Positions 8,397 to 17,053 of a stretch of DNA of 64,000 nucleotides are shown here, in pieces (positions within the stretch are counted from its first letter, which is position 1; each line of letters starts with the position of its first letter). A program made the translations under genes and the position numbers. Under the pieces are notes generated by a model. That model made no database searches, was not told the origin of the DNA, and was given only the letters and a program-made list of their open reading frames with translations. The stretch comes from Candidatus Multivoradales bacterium (GTDB lineage Bacteria; Acidobacteriota; Thermoanaerobaculia; Multivoradales; JAHEKO01). The stretch lies in assembly GCA_965223855.1 (NCBI GenBank), contig CBDCXM010000003.1:32001-96000 (forward strand). Reading direction: 5' to 3'.

Positions 8397-9784
8397 CGCA
8401 AGGGCGCTCGGAGTTGTCGCGACCTCCACGCAGATCGATGCTCCGGTCGCTCCGGACGTTCGTCTCGCTCGCGGCGTCGATGGTCGCGGGATGCGCCGGA
8501 ACAGCGGATGCCCCGCCCGGGGCCGAGCACGTCGTCCTCGTCACCGTCGACACACTGCGGGCAGACCGGTTGGGCGCGTACGGTCACCCCGATGCCCGAA
8601 CCCCCAACATCGACCTGCTGGGGGAAGGGTCCGTCCTCTTCGAGCGCGCCTACGCGCACGCCTCGATGACGCTGCCGTCGATCGCCAGCCTGCTGACGGG
8701 CCTGCTGCCGTCGCAGCACGGCGTGGTCGACAACACCGGGAGCGTCGACGAGTCGCTGCCCATCCTAGCCACTCGGCTCGAGCAGGCCGGCTTTTCGTCC
8801 GCCGCCTTCGTCGGCAACTTCGCACTCCGGCCGGGAACCGGAGTGGAGCGCGGCTTCGGCACCTACACCACGTCGTTTCGGGCTCAGGAAGGGGTCCGCG
8901 AGCACCCGGAGAATCGCGCCGCCGAACTCACCAGCGAGGCGATCTCCTGGCTCCGTGGGCGCAGTGACGAGGAGCGCCTCTTCCTGTGGGTTCACTACCA
9001 GGAGCCGCACGGCGCCTACATGAGCGCACCCGCACCGGGTTCGATCAATCCTGGCGGGCCTGTGCTCCCTCGCAGTGAGTCCGACTCCGGTTTCCGCGCG
9101 ATTCCGAGGTACCAGTGGCTCGGGCATGGCCGGCTCCGCGACTACGAGGCCCGCTATCAGGCCGAGATCCGCCAGGTCGACCGACAGCTCGGTCGCCTGA
9201 AGGACGCGCTCGAGCGAACCGGGCTGCTCGAGCGCAGCGTCCTCGTGTTCGCCTCCGACCATGGCGAGGCCTTCGGGGAGGGAGAACTCTATTGCGCGCA
9301 TGGGGAGGGGCTGGACGAAGCCCTGCTCCGGGTGCCGCTGATGATCCGCCTCCCTCAAGGACGCGGGACGGTTCGCCGAGACCGGGTGCGGCTGCGGGAC
9401 CTGCCCCGGACGCTGCTCGAGCTGGTCACCGTCGATCCGTCGGGGTTCGGCGGTTCGTCGCTTCTGGTCGACGAGGGAGATCGGCAGGTTGTGGCGCAGA
9501 CCCGCGCCCCGTGGTCGCGCAGAGGCGAGCAGTGGCGGGCCTGTCGTGACGGGGGATGGGAGCTGGTGGAGAGTCTCGGCGACCAGAGCACGCTCCGCCG
9601 CGAGCCTGGAACTCCGGGCACCGGAAGTCCGGGCACCGATCGCGAAGATGCCAGGGAACGGGAGAGCGCCGGAAAGCGACTCGGGACCTGCCTCCGGCAA
9701 CGCGCACCGTGGGTCGTCGACCCTTCGCCCCGCACTCTGACGGAAGCCGAGATCGAGGGGCTGAGGGCGCTCGGCTACCTCTAG
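8393..9784 (+). CDS. Sulfatase-like (alkaline-phosphatase superfamily) lipoprotein, paralogue 2
   Basis: VAG-C lipobox; LVTVDTLRADR, TLPSIASLLTG, WVHYQEPH, SDHGE; C-terminal LRALGYL; GTGA overlap with the upstream gene. Confidence 0.87.
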   Translation: MTQGRSELSRPPRRSMLRSLRTFVSLAASMVAGCAGTADAPPGAEHVVLVTVDTLRADRLGAYGHPDARTPNIDLLGEGSVLFERAYAHASMTLPSIASLLTGLLPSQHGVVDNTGSVDESLPILATRLEQAGFSSAAFVGNFALRPGTGVERGFGTYTTSFRAQEGVREHPENRAAELTSEAISWLRGRSDEERLFLWVHYQEPHGAYMSAPAPGSINPGGPVLPRSESDSGFRAIPRYQWLGHGRLRDYEARYQAEIRQVDRQLGRLKDALERTGLLERSVLVFASDHGEAFGEGELYCAHGEGLDEALLRVPLMIRLPQGRGTVRRDRVRLRDLPRTLLELVTVDPSGFGGSSLLVDEGDRQVVAQTRAPWSRRGEQWRACRDGGWELVESLGDQSTLRREPGTPGTGSPGTDREDARERESAGKRLGTCLRQRAPWVVDPSPRTLTEAEIEGLRALGYL

Positions 9785-9792
9785 CGCACGGC

Positions 9793-9852
9793 CTCTGGCG
9801 ACCCGGGTTCCAGCGATCCGGGCTCCAGCGACCCGGGCTCCAGCGACCCGAC
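9793..9852. repeat. 4 x 15-bp tandem repeat (consensus CTCCAGCGACCCGGG) between convergent stop codons
   Basis: ctctggcgacccggg/ttccagcgatccggg/ctccagcgacccggg/ctccagcgacccgac. Confidence 0.85.
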
Positions 9853-9855
9853 TTC

Positions 9856-10486
9856 TCAGCCTCCGGTGGCCAACGCGAGCCGCGTCCAGGGGTTGGCCGG
9901 CTGGTCCCGAATGTAGACCCAGTAGCGCTCGCCGCCTGGCTCCAACGTCCCCTCGGCCCAGAATCGCCACCCGGCCCTTACCTGATGGAATGACGCCATG
10001 CTCCACTCTTCCCCCAGCTCTCCCGCGACAATGCGGTTGGCGGCCTCGAGAGAGGTCAGTCTCGTCCCCGCGACGGGCTCGGTGAGGCGCACCTCGCCAC
10101 CGGGCCACGCCCTGGCAGGAAGATCGGACGGCTTCGGCACCGCCGTCCGTCTGAAGGCCAGAATCGGGAGCGACCTCGCGGGCGAAGTGTCTCCGCGATA
10201 GGCGTTCGTGAACTCGTCACGGCCAACGAGCACGAAGCTCCGCCCGTCGAGTTGTCGCGCAGCGAGCGTGGCCCAGGTCATCCCCGGATGGTCGGCCACT
10301 GCTTCGGCCTCATCGATCGGCGCGAGGCCGCCGGGACGCGGCTCCGGCGTTCCCTGCCCGAGTCCACCGACCGTCGACGACGGCACCGACGGCTGCGAAG
10401 GATCGGGAACCAGGCGGGGAACCTGTGCGGAGTGAGGTCTCTCCCGGCTCGACTGCGGCTGATCGAGATTCGGAGCTGCTCGGTGC
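9856..10486 (-). pseudogene. Probably 5'-truncated gene for an extracellular GMTW...GDT...DQPANPW domain protein
   Basis: The C-terminal ~141 aa (ATG 10281) resemble a conserved uncharacterised domain (GMTW, AYRGDT, SMASFH, GWRFWA, YWVYIRDQPANPW). A Pro/Ser linker precedes it and runs into the duplicated deacetylase segment without a proper start. It could instead be an intact short gene from 10281. Confidence 0.55.
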
Positions 10487-10502
10487 CGGAGCTGCTCGGT
10501 GC
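10471..10502. repeat. 16-bp tandem duplication at the repeat junction
   Basis: cggagctgctcggtgc x2 at the start of repeat copy 2. Confidence 0.9.
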
Positions 10503-11067
10503 CAGGGGAATGGAGCTGCGCTATTTCCGACACCCCTTCCTGCACACCGGCCTCGACCTCGAGACGAAGCGCCAGGTCGAGGCGTTCCTGGCCGAGCGCA
10601 ACGTCCGCGTCGCTCCGGTGACGATCGACAACTCCGAGTGGATCTTCGCCCGCGCCTTCGACGAGGCGCTCGACCGGGAGGATCGGGAGCTCGAGCAACG
10701 GCTCGGCGCAGCCTACGTCGACTATATGGTGGCGATGACCGCCTACTACGAGGGGCAGAGCCGAGCGCTCTTCGACCGCGAAATCCCCCAGGTGATGCTC
10801 CTCCACGCCAACGCCCTCAACGCGCACTTCCTGGGGGAGCTGGTCGCCCGCTTGCGGGAACGCGGGTACCGCTTCGTCGGCCTCGACACCGCGCTCGCCG
10901 ACCCGGCGTTCGAGAGTCCGGACGAATACACCGGCAGCGGCGGGATCACCTGGCTGCACCGCTGGGCGATCTCGCGCGGGGTCGATCGCTCGATACTCGC
11001 CGGCGAGCCCCTCACGCCGGAGTGGGTGCAGGAGGTCGCGGGCCTGCAGGAGTCGGCTCGAAACTGA
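10488..11067 (+). pseudogene. 3' half of the polysaccharide deacetylase (repeat copy 2 plus a divergent 3' end)
   Basis: 10488-10916 identical to 6367-6795. The last ~150 bp encode a homologous C-terminus (SPDEYTG...LQESARN vs SRDEYTG...LRESARN). Lacks the signal peptide, TFDD and HxxxH motifs. Confidence 0.85.
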
Positions 11068-11138
11068 GTTCCGCCCTGCGATCGATCCCGAGCCCGTCCG
11101 CCAACCTCTTTGGCACGTCCTCCGGTTAGAGTCGAGAG

Positions 11139-12521
11139 ATGAAACGCTCACGTCGTATCGCTTTCGCCCTCGCGCTCGTCGTTGCCGCCTTCTCCTGGAG
11201 CCAGCCCACCGCGGCCGACAACTGGCCGCAGTTTCGCGGCGAAGGCGCCCGCGGTGTCGCCGACGGGGAGTCCCTCGCCTCCGAATGGAACGGCGAGAGC
11301 GGCGAGGGGGTGCTCTGGCGCACGCCGATCCCGGGGCTCGGGCACTCGAGCCCGGTGATCTGGGGAGATCGCCTCTTCGTCACCACCGCGGTGAGCGAGG
11401 CCGACGACGCTGGGATCAAGACGGGGCTCTACGGCGACATCCGGCCGGTGGACGACGATTCGGCACACCGCTACGACGTGTACTGCCTCGACCGCAACAG
11501 CGGTGAGGTGCTGTGGCGGCAGACGGCGGTCGAGACGGTGCCGCAGGTCAAGCGGCACCTCAAGTCGACACACGCCAACCCGAGCGTGGCGACCGACGGC
11601 GAGCACGTGGTCGCGTTCTTCGGCTCGGAAGGGCTCTACGTCTACGACTTCGACGGCAATCTGCAGTGGAAGAAGGACCTCGGCCTCCTCGACTCCGGCT
11701 TCTTCCAGGTGCCGGATGCGCAGTGGGGGTACGCCGCCTCCCCGGTGATCGACAGCGGCCGGATCGTCATCCAGGCGGACGTGCAGGAAAACTCGTTCCT
11801 CGCCGCCCTCGACGCGACGGACGGGACCGAGATCTGGCGCGTCGCGCGCGACGAACTGCCGACCTGGTCGACCCCGACGGTGCACGACGACGGCGAGCGC
11901 AAGCAGGTGATCGTCAACGGCTTCCGCCACATCGGCGGCTACGACTTCGAGACCGGCGCCGAGCTGTGGAAGATGGCCGGCACGGGCGACATCCCCACGC
12001 CGACGCCGTTCGTCGTCGACGACCTGATCTACCTGACGAGCGCTCACGGCCCCGGCAGCCCGATCTACGTCATCCCGACCGACGCCAGCGGCACCCTGAC
12101 GACCGAGAACCTGCGCTGGAGCCAGGAGCGTGGCGGCTCGTACATGCCGACGACGATCGTCTACGACGGCCTCTACTACGTCGGGCGCGACAACGGGGTG
12201 CTCACCGTCTTCGACGCCAAGTCGGGCGAGAAGCACTTCGAGGAGCGTCTCGGCGGCGGGCGCTTCAGCTTCGTCGCGTCACCGGTCGCCGGCGACGGCA
12301 AGGTGTACTTCAATTCCGAGGACGGGGTGACGTTCGTCGTCGAGGCCGGGAAGGAGCCGACCGTGCTCGCGGAGAACGACATCAACGGGCGCATGCTCGC
12401 CTCGCCGGCGATCTCCGGTGGGGTGCTCTACTTCCGGACGCTGGAAGAGATCGTCGCGGTGGGAGGTGACTCGTCTCCGGCCACCGAAGACGAGTCGGCT
12501 ACGGCCGAAGCCGGTCGCTGA
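11139..12521 (+). CDS. PQQ-binding-like beta-propeller repeat protein (BamB-like), secreted
   Basis: Signal peptide, NWPQFRG, repeated SSPV/ASPV/STP blades with G..LW motifs. Confidence 0.88.
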   Translation: MKRSRRIAFALALVVAAFSWSQPTAADNWPQFRGEGARGVADGESLASEWNGESGEGVLWRTPIPGLGHSSPVIWGDRLFVTTAVSEADDAGIKTGLYGDIRPVDDDSAHRYDVYCLDRNSGEVLWRQTAVETVPQVKRHLKSTHANPSVATDGEHVVAFFGSEGLYVYDFDGNLQWKKDLGLLDSGFFQVPDAQWGYAASPVIDSGRIVIQADVQENSFLAALDATDGTEIWRVARDELPTWSTPTVHDDGERKQVIVNGFRHIGGYDFETGAELWKMAGTGDIPTPTPFVVDDLIYLTSAHGPGSPIYVIPTDASGTLTTENLRWSQERGGSYMPTTIVYDGLYYVGRDNGVLTVFDAKSGEKHFEERLGGGRFSFVASPVAGDGKVYFNSEDGVTFVVEAGKEPTVLAENDINGRMLASPAISGGVLYFRTLEEIVAVGGDSSPATEDESATAEAGR

Positions 12522-12744
12522 AGGCGCGACCGCCCTCGGCTTGCCCGCGCCCGCGGCAACCTCGGAAGCTTCGCCTGCCCGATACCCCCAACGTGGTCGA
12601 TGCAGGGGCGTACGACGTGGAGCACGACGTTGTCATCCACCGTTGTGGCCGGGTCGGCCCACCGCGCGCAGCCGCTCCGCACTCACCGCTGCGGCTGTCG
12701 AAGGAAGGTCGGTCCTGTGCCGCTCGACGACGGATCCTGCAGCT

Positions 12745-14925
12745 CTACTCCTGAGTCCCCCGTCGACCGCTCGACTCCCGCGCTCTCGGCAAGGTGGTGC
12801 CAAGTCCCACCGTGCGAGCCATGAAGGAAAGCTGATCGGCGAAACTCGCCGCCTTGTCGGCCGGGGTCAGCCCGTACGAGTGGCCGGCACCCCAGGCGAC
12901 TCGCAGAAGCGCCGGTTCGGCGCAACCCTCGACACTCTCGAGAGCCGAAGCGAACTTGTAGCCGTGCATCGGCGGTGTCGTCTCGTCCTTCTCACCGGGG
13001 AGGATGAGCATAGGGGGGTAGCAAGCGGTCGGATCGACGTTGTGGACGGGCGAGTATGAGAGCAGGGCCGCCCGCTCCTCGGCGTTCTCGACCGAGCCCA
13101 GCTCTCCTCGCCAGCGTGCGCCGCCGGTGTAGCTCTCGTAGCGCATCAGGTCGAGCAGCGGGAAGCCGAAGATCGCGGCTCCGAAGAGATCGGGCCGCTG
13201 CAGTACGGCCGCTCCGACGAGCGCCGCGCCCGCGCTCTGGGTCTCGGCTGCGAGGGTCCGGGGCGACGCGATCCCCTCGGCGATCAGCCACTCCGCAGCG
13301 GCGATGAAGTCGTCGACGCCGTTCTGGCGATGGACTCCGACACCCGCCCGGTGCCACTCCTCGCCGAACTCCCCTCCACCCCTGAGGGCGGGAAGCGCGA
13401 AGACGCCTCCAAGACGGAAGAACTCCCACATGTGAGCGCGAAACCATGGCCCGGAAGCCCAGGCACCGAAGCCGTAGCCGTACATCATCACCGGTTCGTT
13501 GCCGGTGAGCTTGAGCTCCCGATGGTGGGCGAGGTACATGGGGATCCGCTCACCGGCCGGGCCCGAGTAGAAGACGCGCTTCGTCGCGATGTCACGCGGA
13601 TTCCAAGGCACCTCGGGTTGACGGAAGATCGAGGTCTCCCCGGTCGTGAGGTCGAGGCGGTAGACGGTCCCCGGGTCTGCAAAGCCGCTCACCTGGAAGA
13701 ACGCTTCGGCCGAGCCGTGTCGCCCCATGAAGCCGCTCCACACCGATCCCAGCTCGGGGACCTCGATCTGGTAGAGGTGCCTCCCTTCGAGGTCGAAGAC
13801 ACGCGGCACATAGACGCCTTCCTCACGGTAGCCGACGATGATTCGATCTCCGGCGACGCGAACGGCGACCCAGGTGTCCACGGTGCCGTCGCGCTCCGGA
13901 ATGAGATTCCGCCATTCGTCGGGACGGCCCGCACGTCGCACGTCGGTCATGTCGATGCCGACGATCCTGAAACGCGGCGCGTCCCGGTCGGTCAGAAGGA
14001 AGACCGTCGAGCCCGAGCTGCCGACGAAGGCGGTTCTGGAGTCCGCCTCGGGCGCGAGCGGAACCGGCGTCGGGTCTTCCAGCGAGAGATCGAGGACGAA
14101 GAGACGGTTGGTGATGTCGCGCCCGTCGCGGACCAGCACGCTGAGAAACCTGTGGTCGGAGCTCCCCCTCAGAGTCACGAAGTGGTTGTCGGGGTCCTCG
14201 GGTCGATAGACCACCTTGTCGGCGGCAGCCGGTGTTCCCAATCGATGAAACGCCACCACTTCACCATGCAAAGGGGCAGTCGCGCGCACCTCCGCGGCCG
14301 GTATCTCGTAGCGGTCGTAGTAGAAGCCACCACCGTCGGCCGTCCACCACACCGAAGACAGCGTCCCGACGAGCCCCTCGATTCGATCGGGCAGGGTACG
14401 GCCGCTGTCGACATCGAGCACCCGGAGCGTCGTCCAGCGGGACGCAGGCTCACGGACCGCGTAGGCCACTCGGCGGCCGTCCGGGCTCGGTGCCACGAGA
14501 CGAAACAGCACCTTGCCCTCCTCGGACGCGAGTCGGGCCGCGTCGATCAGGGTGCGCTCGGCGCCGTCGACGCCCTGGCGCATGTGCAGAGAGACTTCGG
14601 CCAGGCCGGGATCGAAAGAAGTGTAGAAGTAGCGGCCTTCCCGCTCGATCGGGGCCATGAAGCGGCGGTAGGTCGAGGCCGAAGCGAGGTTGGCCTCGAG
14701 TTGCCCGCGATCCTCGAAGGCGGCGGCAAAGGCTCGAGCGTGACGGTCCCGCTCCCTGGCCCAGGCGAGGACCTTCGGCGAGTCCATCGCCTCGAGCCAC
14801 TCGAGGTCCGGCCGCTCTGAGCCGGGAACGGACTGTCCTTGCACTCGCTCGATCGGCGAAGCCGCGAGCAGGGTCGGCAGCACGAAGAGCAGGCACGTCA
14901 ACAGGTTCCATCTGGCGAATCGCAT
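12745..14925 (-). CDS. Prolyl oligopeptidase family (S9A) serine peptidase, secreted
   Basis: Signal peptide, beta-propeller region, YGYGFG, LRGGGEFGEEWH, nucleophile TQSAG, LLDLMRY, D (KDETT), H (AGHSYG). Confidence 0.9.
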   Translation of the reverse strand: MRFARWNLLTCLLFVLPTLLAASPIERVQGQSVPGSERPDLEWLEAMDSPKVLAWARERDRHARAFAAAFEDRGQLEANLASASTYRRFMAPIEREGRYFYTSFDPGLAEVSLHMRQGVDGAERTLIDAARLASEEGKVLFRLVAPSPDGRRVAYAVREPASRWTTLRVLDVDSGRTLPDRIEGLVGTLSSVWWTADGGGFYYDRYEIPAAEVRATAPLHGEVVAFHRLGTPAAADKVVYRPEDPDNHFVTLRGSSDHRFLSVLVRDGRDITNRLFVLDLSLEDPTPVPLAPEADSRTAFVGSSGSTVFLLTDRDAPRFRIVGIDMTDVRRAGRPDEWRNLIPERDGTVDTWVAVRVAGDRIIVGYREEGVYVPRVFDLEGRHLYQIEVPELGSVWSGFMGRHGSAEAFFQVSGFADPGTVYRLDLTTGETSIFRQPEVPWNPRDIATKRVFYSGPAGERIPMYLAHHRELKLTGNEPVMMYGYGFGAWASGPWFRAHMWEFFRLGGVFALPALRGGGEFGEEWHRAGVGVHRQNGVDDFIAAAEWLIAEGIASPRTLAAETQSAGAALVGAAVLQRPDLFGAAIFGFPLLDLMRYESYTGGARWRGELGSVENAEERAALLSYSPVHNVDPTACYPPMLILPGEKDETTPPMHGYKFASALESVEGCAEPALLRVAWGAGHSYGLTPADKAASFADQLSFMARTVGLGTTLPRARESSGRRGTQE

Positions 14926-15115
14926 GATGCCTCCTTGTCGAAAGGACGCCGGTTCACTCCGGCACGACGAGCGTGGAGAGGCGGCGAAGGCCGCTCAACA
15001 GAATCCCCCTTGAGAACACCTTGACTGTGAGGTAACTGCGACCGTGAGAGGACAGGAGACAGGGTTTCGGGTGCTAGCCTGATCCGGCCTCATCACAACG
15101 ATCGAGCAGCGCCCC

Positions 15116-17032
15116 GTGAGCTCCCGCCCCGTCCCCTCGCCTCCGCCCCAGCCCTCCTCTCCCGGTCGCGTCCGGTTCGCCGACTTCGAGGTCGATCTCC
15201 GCGCCCGCGAGCTCTACCGGGGAGGCGAGCGGGTACAGCTCCAGGACCGACCGTTCGAGGTGCTCGCCGCCCTGCTCGAGCGGTCCGGCGAGGTCGTCCT
15301 CAGGAAAGAGCTGCGCGAGCGCCTCTGGCCTGGTCACTTCGTCGAGTTCGACAACAATCTCAACACCGCGGTGACCAAGCTGCGCAGAGCTCTCGACGAC
15401 ACGACCCAGGAGCCGAGAATCGTCGAGACGCTGCCCAAGCGGGGCTACCGGCTGCTGGTACCGGTGGAAGCGGTGGGCGACGGCGACCTGCCTTCAGGGC
15501 GACCTCGGGTGACGGTCCGCCGATGGCGCGCCCTCACCTTCGGCCTCCTCGCCGTTCTGGCCGGCGCACTCGCTCTCGCTCTGATGCGATCGTCACCCGC
15601 TACACCGCCCAAGGGCGACGAATCAGCCGGTGCTCCGCTTCGCACGTCGCTCCTGGTCGTGTTGCCCTTCGCCGCTCTGGAAGGAGAGGGTGCGAGCGTG
15701 GCGCTCGCCGACAGTCTGACCGAAGAGCTAATCGGTCGCCTCGCCGAGCTGCTTCCGTCACAACTCGGTGTGATCGCGCGTACATCGTCCATGCAGTTCC
15801 GGGGCAACGAGGCGGATGTCGCTGCGATCCGTCAACTGCTCGGCGTCGACTACCTGCTCGAGGGCAGTGTCTCGCGCGACACGGAGGGGCTGCGCATACG
15901 GACCCGCTTCGTCCACGCTTCGGACCAGGCACATCTGTGGGCCGAGAGCTACGAGGCGTCGCTCGACGAACTTCCGCGTCTGCAGCGATCGATCGCAGAA
16001 CGCATCGCCACGGCAGTCTCGTCTCAACTGCGCTCGGCCGGGGCCCTGGGTGAGCCGCAATTGATCCCGGCTGCAGCGTGGGAGGCGTACCTCCAGGCGC
16101 GATTCCTGCTCGGCTCCCGGCCCGAGCCGACGGAGGAGACGTCGATCGAAGCGATTGCGCTCCTCGAGCAGGCGGTGTCGGTCGCGCCCCACTTCGCTCT
16201 CGCCTGGTCGGCGCTTGCTGATGCGTCCTACCTCGACCCGGCAGGAGGGCGGGAAAGCCAAGTACGGGCGGAGCAAGCGGCTAGGCGAGCCCTGGCGGCC
16301 GACCCCGGCCTCGCCCGGCCGCGTCATCGGTTGGCGATCCTCGCCCTCTACAGAGACTGGGACTGGGAAGAGGCAGAGCGCCAGTTCGACTGGGCTCTCT
16401 CGCTCGCTCCGCACCTTGCGGTCGGTCACCATTCGAAGGCCGCCTGGTTCTCGACGCAGGGACGTCACGAAGAGGCGCTGCAGTCGATCGAGCGGGCGAT
16501 GCGGCTCGATCCCCTGTCTGTGGTGCTGCACGCCGACGCCGGCTGGTACCTGTTCGTCGCGCGGCGCTACGAGGAAGCGATCGAACGTTGCCGGCAGGCG
16601 CTCGAGCTGGATCCGGATCATCGCGGTGCCAACAGCTATCTGTTCCATTCCCTGAACGCACTCCACAGAAGCTCGGAAGCCGGCGAGGTCGCCCGGAGAC
16701 TGCTCACTATCGAAGGCGCTGGCGACGAGCTCCTTCGGCAAGCGACACAGTCCCCCGAGGCTGCCATCGAGGTGCTGAGACGATTTCGGCTGTCGACGCT
16801 GGAAGAGGAGCTGGAGGCCGGCCGAGCCTCCGCCGGCCAAGTCGCCCTCGCCCACCTCGAGCTGGGCGACGGCGAAAGGGCTCTCGAGTTCCTCGAAACG
16901 GGTCTCGAGGAACGCGAAGGCTGGATCTACCCGTTCCTTGCCGTCTACCCCCTGCTCGACCCACTGCGTGACGACGTCCGGCTCGAGAGGTGGATCGATA
17001 CCGTCGGGATCCCGGTCGCGGCTGCGCGTTGA
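15116..17032 (+). CDS. Membrane-anchored regulator: OmpR/CadC-type wHTH + TM + TolB-like + TPR repeats
   Basis: RFADFEVD, LQDRPFEVL, NLNTAVTKLRRAL, ETLPKRGYR; TM helix; VVLPF...VIARTS...LEGSV; TPRs. Confidence 0.9.
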   Translation: MSSRPVPSPPPQPSSPGRVRFADFEVDLRARELYRGGERVQLQDRPFEVLAALLERSGEVVLRKELRERLWPGHFVEFDNNLNTAVTKLRRALDDTTQEPRIVETLPKRGYRLLVPVEAVGDGDLPSGRPRVTVRRWRALTFGLLAVLAGALALALMRSSPATPPKGDESAGAPLRTSLLVVLPFAALEGEGASVALADSLTEELIGRLAELLPSQLGVIARTSSMQFRGNEADVAAIRQLLGVDYLLEGSVSRDTEGLRIRTRFVHASDQAHLWAESYEASLDELPRLQRSIAERIATAVSSQLRSAGALGEPQLIPAAAWEAYLQARFLLGSRPEPTEETSIEAIALLEQAVSVAPHFALAWSALADASYLDPAGGRESQVRAEQAARRALAADPGLARPRHRLAILALYRDWDWEEAERQFDWALSLAPHLAVGHHSKAAWFSTQGRHEEALQSIERAMRLDPLSVVLHADAGWYLFVARRYEEAIERCRQALELDPDHRGANSYLFHSLNALHRSSEAGEVARRLLTIEGAGDELLRQATQSPEAAIEVLRRFRLSTLEEELEAGRASAGQVALAHLELGDGERALEFLETGLEEREGWIYPFLAVYPLLDPLRDDVRLERWIDTVGIPVAAAR

Positions 17033-17053
17033 CGGCCCGGCGCTCGCTCGCGC

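Noticed and set aside
10252-10487. N-terminus of the 271-aa ORF as an intact second deacetylase
   Set aside because: Sequence upstream of the repeat is unrelated, Arg-rich antisense sequence; the catalytic TFDD and HxxxH motifs are missing.
6796-11067. DGR template/variable repeat pair (the two divergent deacetylase 3' ends)
   Set aside because: Differences are largely third-position and not adenine-specific; no reverse transcriptase in the window.
11111-11125. TGGCACG as a sigma54 promoter for the beta-propeller gene
   Set aside because: No GC at the -12 position (TGGCACG-TCCT-CCGG).
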